Made by a program: the position numbers and the translations under genes | Source of the DNA: Piedraia hortae CBS 480.64 | Lineage: Eukaryota | Reading direction: 5' to 3' | DNA length: 64,000 nt | Assembly: GCA_010093745.1 (NCBI GenBank) | Contig: MU005972.1 | Location: forward strand, 197,170-261,169 | Part shown: positions 58,928 through 64,000 of the stretch, one piece after another | Numbering within the stretch: position 1 is the stretch's first letter | Layout of the letters: each line of letters begins with the position of its first letter | Notes under the pieces: model-generated | Seen by the model: the letters and a program-made list of their open reading frames with translations, nothing else | The model's database searches: none | What the model was told of the DNA's origin: nothing

Positions 58928-60181
58928 TCAAGTAGCAGTCACATTAACCACCTCGACTTGACATCCCGTCTGCTGCAGCTTCCCATCCAACGCGGCAGAC
59001 AACCACATGAGCGCTCTGACCCTCCCATTCAACGACTCACTCGTATGCTCCCCAACCTCATTCCTCTGATACAAAATCGACACCCCAACATCACAATACT
59101 TCTGCACTAGGGCATCTGTATCGCTCGTCGGACTAATCTCATCCCCAATAGCCTTGTACACAAACAAGGGCATCTGTGGGACGCCATGCAGGCCCATGAA
59201 CCCATCGCTCGTCTGTATCGCCTCCGCCAGCGGACTCTCCAGCGTCTGCAGTCCATTCACAAAATATTCCCCCAAATCTTGGTTCGCGAACGCCCCAATC
59301 GCCTCTGCCAGATTCATCCCCTTGACACTCATGAAAGTCGTAGCATTGTACTGCCCCTCCTTCTTCAAATTTTCCTCCAAGAAAGCCTGCAGTTCAGGAT
59401 GTTGGCTCGCCAGTCCCACCGTCCCCGCGGGCCCCAGCCCCGCTGAAATTTTCTCATTAATATGCAGCAGCACACTGCTTATATTCGGCGTCAGGCCTCC
59501 CAACGCCGCGCCCGCAAACGAAAGTTCCGGCGCGTAAGCCTTTTGCAATTCAGCAGCCCATTCACTCGCCAGCGCTCCACCAGAGTATCCCCACATCGCA
59601 TACCTCGTCTGATCCGACAATCCGAACCCCGTCCTCATCACTGCGCGGACGGAATCCAGCGTCGCATGACCAGACTGTACCCCTGCTGTGAACGACGCAA
59701 ACGGGCCTTCATAGTCCGGAACGGAAACATACCATCCCTGCTCCAGCGCAAGCTCAACCTCCGCGAGATCGTTGCCGTATAGCGCGTGCGAGGGACTAGC
59801 GTCCACGTCAGCCGAGTCGTACGGGATCTGGTACGAAAGTAGCGAGTTGGGTTGCGAGCTTTGCACTCCAGACTGCGGTTGCGCAGGTGTATGCGGAATT
59901 AGGAGCGTGGTCACGGCCCAGGTGGCGTTGTAGTTGCTATCGGTTGTTGAATAGAGGATATTGTATGCTGCGGAGGAGTTTGTGATTATGGAGGTTAGGT
60001 TCCCTGGTGCGGCGCGCACGCGGAGGACTGTTCCCGGGGCGGAAGACTCCCATCCCGATGGGGCAGAGTACCATGGATCCTGACTCGGGGCGAGGACATC
60101 TGCGTAGGTTGAGCCGACGCGGTAGAGGAGGGTTGAGTAGCTGTGTACTAGGGGGAGGAGGGATAGGATCAAATAGAGCAT
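58928..60181 (-). CDS. Secreted lipase (Candida LIP / CAL-A-like secretory lipase family)
   Basis: Signal peptide MLYLILSLLPLVHS; PSQDPWY; PGTVLRVR; VPDYEG; WGYSGGALAS nucleophile elbow; DE and H candidates for the catalytic triad. Confidence 0.92.
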   Translation of the reverse strand: MLYLILSLLPLVHSYSTLLYRVGSTYADVLAPSQDPWYSAPSGWESSAPGTVLRVRAAPGNLTSIITNSSAAYNILYSTTDSNYNATWAVTTLLIPHTPAQPQSGVQSSQPNSLLSYQIPYDSADVDASPSHALYGNDLAEVELALEQGWYVSVPDYEGPFASFTAGVQSGHATLDSVRAVMRTGFGLSDQTRYAMWGYSGGALASEWAAELQKAYAPELSFAGAALGGLTPNISSVLLHINEKISAGLGPAGTVGLASQHPELQAFLEENLKKEGQYNATTFMSVKGMNLAEAIGAFANQDLGEYFVNGLQTLESPLAEAIQTSDGFMGLHGVPQMPLFVYKAIGDEISPTSDTDALVQKYCDVGVSILYQRNEVGEHTSESLNGRVRALMWLSAALDGKLQQTGCQVEVVNVTAT

Positions 60182-60391
60182 TTTTAGATTTAGATACAAT
60201 CTATCCCCGGGGGATGGTCGAGAGGTTACCCTCCCGGCTCATGCCATTATACCTAATCATTGGTGGAGACGAGGGTTTGGGCTGCTTTCTTTTAGGCAAG
60301 CCGAGGGTCCGAGGATGTGACTATCCCAACTGCCAATCCCAAAACGGAAAATCAACACGTGAGGGAGGCTGTGGCTGTCTATACTCGGCTC

Positions 60392-63300
60392 CTACACTCG
60401 TAACAACTTGAGCCGTAACTTGAGCTCTTTCACCTCGGTCGTCTCCTCTGCAATCACATCCCCACCCTCAGAATTTCCATCCCTCTCAATCCCCTTATTC
60501 GCCGCTTTTACAAACACACCCGCCTGCTGTTCAAACATGTTGACCACCTCCCCCTCCTTCCCCCCCACAACCTCATACGCCACCTTCACATCATCCGTCG
60601 GTACCAAACCGGCCCGTTTCCTCAGTCTCTGAATGCGATTTAGCACCTCCCTCGCAAGCCCCTCTTGCGCTAGTTCAGGATATGCCGTCGCATCAAGTAG
60701 AACCATAATCTCACCATCCACGCCCTCCTGATAATTCCCCTCTGCCTTCGTAGCCAAACCCCTCTTAACCCTCAAATCCTCCTTTCCGAGCTCATGCCCC
60801 AAAACCGTAACCCTCCCCTCCGCCAAAAAAGTCGCAATCTCCTCTTTCCCCATCTTGGCAACCTCACTTTTAACCCTTCCCGCATCTTTCTTGAACTTGA
60901 TCCCCAAACTCTTCACATCGGGGAGGACGGCATACTCAACCCCATACGCAGCCTCGTCGTTCGTAAGAACGAGATCCCTCACATTGAGTTCCTCGGAGAT
61001 ATACCCCTCCAGCGTCTTGACATCGCTCAAAAACTCCTCATCCTGGTGTAACACCACCAGCGTCTTCAACGGCGTCTTTAGACTCAACGTCCGCTTATCG
61101 CGACAATACCGTCCAAGGTCAATAACCTTCTGCATCCTCCCTACCCTCCTCTCCACAATCGGATCATAAAGTTCCGACCTCACGGTTGGGAAACCCATGA
61201 AATGCACGCTCCTCTTATCGCCCTCTCCCTTGGGGAGATGCTCAACCATCCGGAGGAAAATATTATCCGTCAGAAACGGGATAAATGGTGCCAAAGCGCG
61301 GATGAGCGTCATGAGGACGTCGAAGAGGGTGTTTAGCGCGTGGAGCGTATCCTCCTCATCAGTCTGTCCTTTAAGTCGACTGCGATTGAAGCGAATATAC
61401 CAATTCGTTGTATCATCGACCATTTTGAGGAGTCGGGGGACCACGGTGTAGAGCCTATACGCCTCCATCTCGCGGTTCACATACTCCAATAGCGACTGCG
61501 TCGCGGCCAGGATCCATCTGTCCATGACGTTCGTGTTGCTTTGCGTTAGGGTGGGGTTGAAGATGAATGCTTCGCCGGTGGTCTTTTTGAGTAAAGCGGC
61601 CTGCTGCGCGAAGAAATTGTACGAGTTCCACAGAGGGAGGAGGACTCCTGATACGATCTGGCGGACTCCTGATTCGGAGAAGCGTAGGGGTTCACCCCGC
61701 ACAACGGGGGAGTCGATTAGATAGAGACGTAACGCGTCCGAGCCGAATTTATCGACAATGAGCATTGGGTCGGGGAAGTTTTTCAGCGATTTGGACATTT
61801 TCTTTCCGTCCTCGGCGAGGACGATCCCGTTGGTGACGCAGTTTTTGTAGGGGAATGTATTGAAGAGATGAGTGCCCAGGATGGAGAGGGTGTAGAACCA
61901 TCCTCTTGTTTGGTCGAGGCCTTCGGCGATGAAATCACCGGGGTACTTTTGGAAGAGGTGTTTTCCGGGCCCAGTGGTTTGGGAGAGACCTGATTCTGGG
62001 TCTGAGGGGTCGTAGTCGGGGAAGGAAAAGGGGTAGTGTGATGAGGCGTAAGGCATGCTGCCTGATTCGAACCAGCAGTCGAAGACTTCTTCGACCCGGT
62101 GGAGGGTGCCTTTACCTTGTTGGGAGAGGATGGTGATTTTGTCGACTGTGTCGCGGTGGAGGTCTTTCAGTTCGCCGGTGTAGCCGCTGAGGGATTTGAG
62201 CTCTGCCGCGGAGGAGACGCAGATGATTTCTTTCATGTCGTCTGATACCCAGAGCGGTAGGGGAGTCCCCCAGAAGCGGTTCCGACTGACGTTCCAGTCC
62301 CGTGCTTGCTTCAGCCATTCGTGGAACCGACCTGTCTTGATTGAGTTTGGGACCCAATATGTCTTGTCGAGATTGCTCAGTAGGTCTGGAACAACTTGAT
62401 CGACTTTGATGAACCATGAGGGCACGGCGCGCTGGATAAGAGGCGTTTTGGATCGGGGGCAGTAAGGGTATGAATGGGTGATTTGAGACTTGCGTACTAA
62501 CCTTCCTTTGGTCTGAAGCAGATTGATAATGTTCTTGTCAGCAGCCTTGACGTGCTGTCCCTCAAAGTCGGGGACTTGGGCAGTGTACTCCCCGCTGACA
62601 GTCAGAGGGTTTGGCGGCGCTCTTTCTCCGCTGATAACACCCTCACGCCAGGCAACGCGGTAGTCGTCTTCGCCAAAAGCGGGTGCTTGATGTACCACGC
62701 CCACACCGCTTTCTTGCTTCACGTAGTCGTCCACAAGAACCTTAAACCCGGCCTCCCCAAACTCACCTGTAAAGTAGTCAAACAGAGGCTCGTAGCGGAT
62801 ATTGTGAAGCTCAGCGCCCTTGACTTTAAGACTCAACAGCTTAAAGTCTTTGCTCTTATCCTTAGCCTGACTCTTGTAGAGCTCCTTCAGGCCAGATTCG
62901 AGCATTATATAGACGTTATCAGATTTAACGTCATGCACGAGGAGGTAGTCATAGCTCGCATTAACGCAGAGCGCGATATTACTGGGCAGAGTCCACGGGG
63001 TGGTCGTCCAGGCGATAAAGCAGACCTGTTTCCCATCTGCCGCCTCGAAGATCTTCTTTACCGTTTCCCTCACATTCTCCACCTGCTTCTCAACCGGAAG
63101 CAGCGGAAAATTGACCGTAATAGCCGGGTCTTGGACCATACGGTAGTCCTCATTCGCCTCGCTCTTACTGAGCGGCGTATTGAGCGCAGTGCTGTACGGA
63201 AGCACTCGGGCACCATGATAGACAAGGCCCTTGCGATACAACTGGGCAAAAACCCACCAACATGACTCCATGAAGCTCATATCCATGGTCTTGTAGTCGC

Positions 63301-63733
63301 GATCAAAGTCGATCCAACGTCCGAGGCGAGATATGACTCTACGCCATTCGCCAGCGTACGTTAGCACAACCTCCCTACACCTACGGTTGTATTCTGCAAT
63401 TCCGACCTTATCGACCGCAGCCCGACCGCGCACTCCGAGTTCATCCTGCAGCTGTTTGTCGATGATTTGCTCAATGGGAACGCCGTGCGTGTCCCACCCG
63501 AATCGACGTTCTACGTAGCGTCCGCGCATGGCCCAGTAGCGCGGGATGATGTCTTTGATTGTAGAGGCTAGGAGATGGCCATAATGAGGCGACCCCGTCG
63601 CAAACGGAGGGCCATCGTAGAAGACGTATGGCGGGTCGTCCTTGGTTAGTTCCAACTGGCGGTGGAACGCATCAATCTTTTCCCATTCGGCGAGTACTCG
63701 CTCTTCCTCGGACGGGAAGTTGATGGTGCCCAT
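60392..63733 (-). CDS. ILS1: Cytoplasmic isoleucyl-tRNA synthetase
   Basis: DGPPFATGSPHYGH (HIGH), WTTTPWTLPSN, EGLDQTRGWFY and KMSKS. Confidence 0.98.
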   Translation of the reverse strand: MGTINFPSEEERVLAEWEKIDAFHRQLELTKDDPPYVFYDGPPFATGSPHYGHLLASTIKDIIPRYWAMRGRYVERRFGWDTHGVPIEQIIDKQLQDELGVRGRAAVDKVGIAEYNRRCREVVLTYAGEWRRVISRLGRWIDFDRDYKTMDMSFMESCWWVFAQLYRKGLVYHGARVLPYSTALNTPLSKSEANEDYRMVQDPAITVNFPLLPVEKQVENVRETVKKIFEAADGKQVCFIAWTTTPWTLPSNIALCVNASYDYLLVHDVKSDNVYIMLESGLKELYKSQAKDKSKDFKLLSLKVKGAELHNIRYEPLFDYFTGEFGEAGFKVLVDDYVKQESGVGVVHQAPAFGEDDYRVAWREGVISGERAPPNPLTVSGEYTAQVPDFEGQHVKAADKNIINLLQTKGRLVRKSQITHSYPYCPRSKTPLIQRAVPSWFIKVDQVVPDLLSNLDKTYWVPNSIKTGRFHEWLKQARDWNVSRNRFWGTPLPLWVSDDMKEIICVSSAAELKSLSGYTGELKDLHRDTVDKITILSQQGKGTLHRVEEVFDCWFESGSMPYASSHYPFSFPDYDPSDPESGLSQTTGPGKHLFQKYPGDFIAEGLDQTRGWFYTLSILGTHLFNTFPYKNCVTNGIVLAEDGKKMSKSLKNFPDPMLIVDKFGSDALRLYLIDSPVVRGEPLRFSESGVRQIVSGVLLPLWNSYNFFAQQAALLKKTTGEAFIFNPTLTQSNTNVMDRWILAATQSLLEYVNREMEAYRLYTVVPRLLKMVDDTTNWYIRFNRSRLKGQTDEEDTLHALNTLFDVLMTLIRALAPFIPFLTDNIFLRMVEHLPKGEGDKRSVHFMGFPTVRSELYDPIVERRVGRMQKVIDLGRYCRDKRTLSLKTPLKTLVVLHQDEEFLSDVKTLEGYISEELNVRDLVLTNDEAAYGVEYAVLPDVKSLGIKFKKDAGRVKSEVAKMGKEEIATFLAEGRVTVLGHELGKEDLRVKRGLATKAEGNYQEGVDGEIMVLLDATAYPELAQEGLAREVLNRIQRLRKRAGLVPTDDVKVAYEVVGGKEGEVVNMFEQQAGVFVKAANKGIERDGNSEGGDVIAEETTEVKELKLRLKLLRV

Positions 63734-63880
63734 GGCTGCTGACGTTGCGCTGGTATCAGAGCGCTAAGATATTTTCCGTGAACACGTGCTGCCAAGACGC
63801 CACCAACGTAAGCTCGACTAAGAGGCCTGAACATATAACAATTTGCCCTATGCTGAATGAACATACTCTTACAATATACA

Positions 63881-64000
63881 CTACTCTTCTTCACTCTCCT
63901 CGTCCTCCTCATCCGTAACCTCCCCCCCTAGCTTCTTCACTTTCTCCTTATACTCATCCCTCTTACTCTCCAACTCACCCATAACAAGCAACATGGCCTC
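63881..64000 (-). CDS. 3' end of a Uso1/p115-like vesicle tether (partial; runs off the window)
   Basis: EAMLLVMGELESKRDEYKEKVKKLGGEVTDEEDEESEEE* resembles the Uso1/p115 C-terminal motif plus acidic tail. Confidence 0.65.
   Translation of the reverse strand, partial: EAMLLVMGELESKRDEYKEKVKKLGGEVTDEEDEESEEE

Overview
This is eukaryotic DNA: a gene-dense stretch of a filamentous ascomycete (Pezizomycotina; a compact-genome Dothideomycete is my inference). It has very short (~45-50 nt) spliceosomal introns and small intergenic gaps. Most of it is conserved housekeeping genes: an Arb2-domain protein, LIP5, Asterix/PAT10, MED12, an Mba1/Tim44-like protein, eIF1/SUI1, MET3, MET16, PDCD5, COQ4, ketopantoate reductase, an ABC1/UbiB kinase, RPS27, CSN2, CWC25, RHO3, a PA-RING ligase, SLA2, FSH1, SEC61-gamma, DCAF11/WDR23, GPI2, tRNA-Glu(TTC), a mitochondrial carrier, SPT16, a Gemin2/Brr1-like protein, RPS4, a secreted LIP lipase, ILS1 and the 3' end of USO1. 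Three gene-poor islands interrupt this. The first (~8-13 kb) holds a convergent pair of paralogous protein kinases, one a pseudogene. The second (~24-33 kb) holds an orphan gene, an F-box/LRR pseudogene split by a 5'-truncated LINE with target-site duplication, and a divergent otubain. The third (~37-41 kb) holds a decayed DUF7924-like gene. I see no clearly novel multi-gene system. The most interesting signals are an eIF1 start codon split by a GC-AG intron, the reconstructable in-frame LINE insertion, RIP-like nonsense mutations, stop-free 3n introns, and the MET3-MET16 pair with candidate CYS3/MetR sites. All calls come from motif recognition by eye; no database searches were run.
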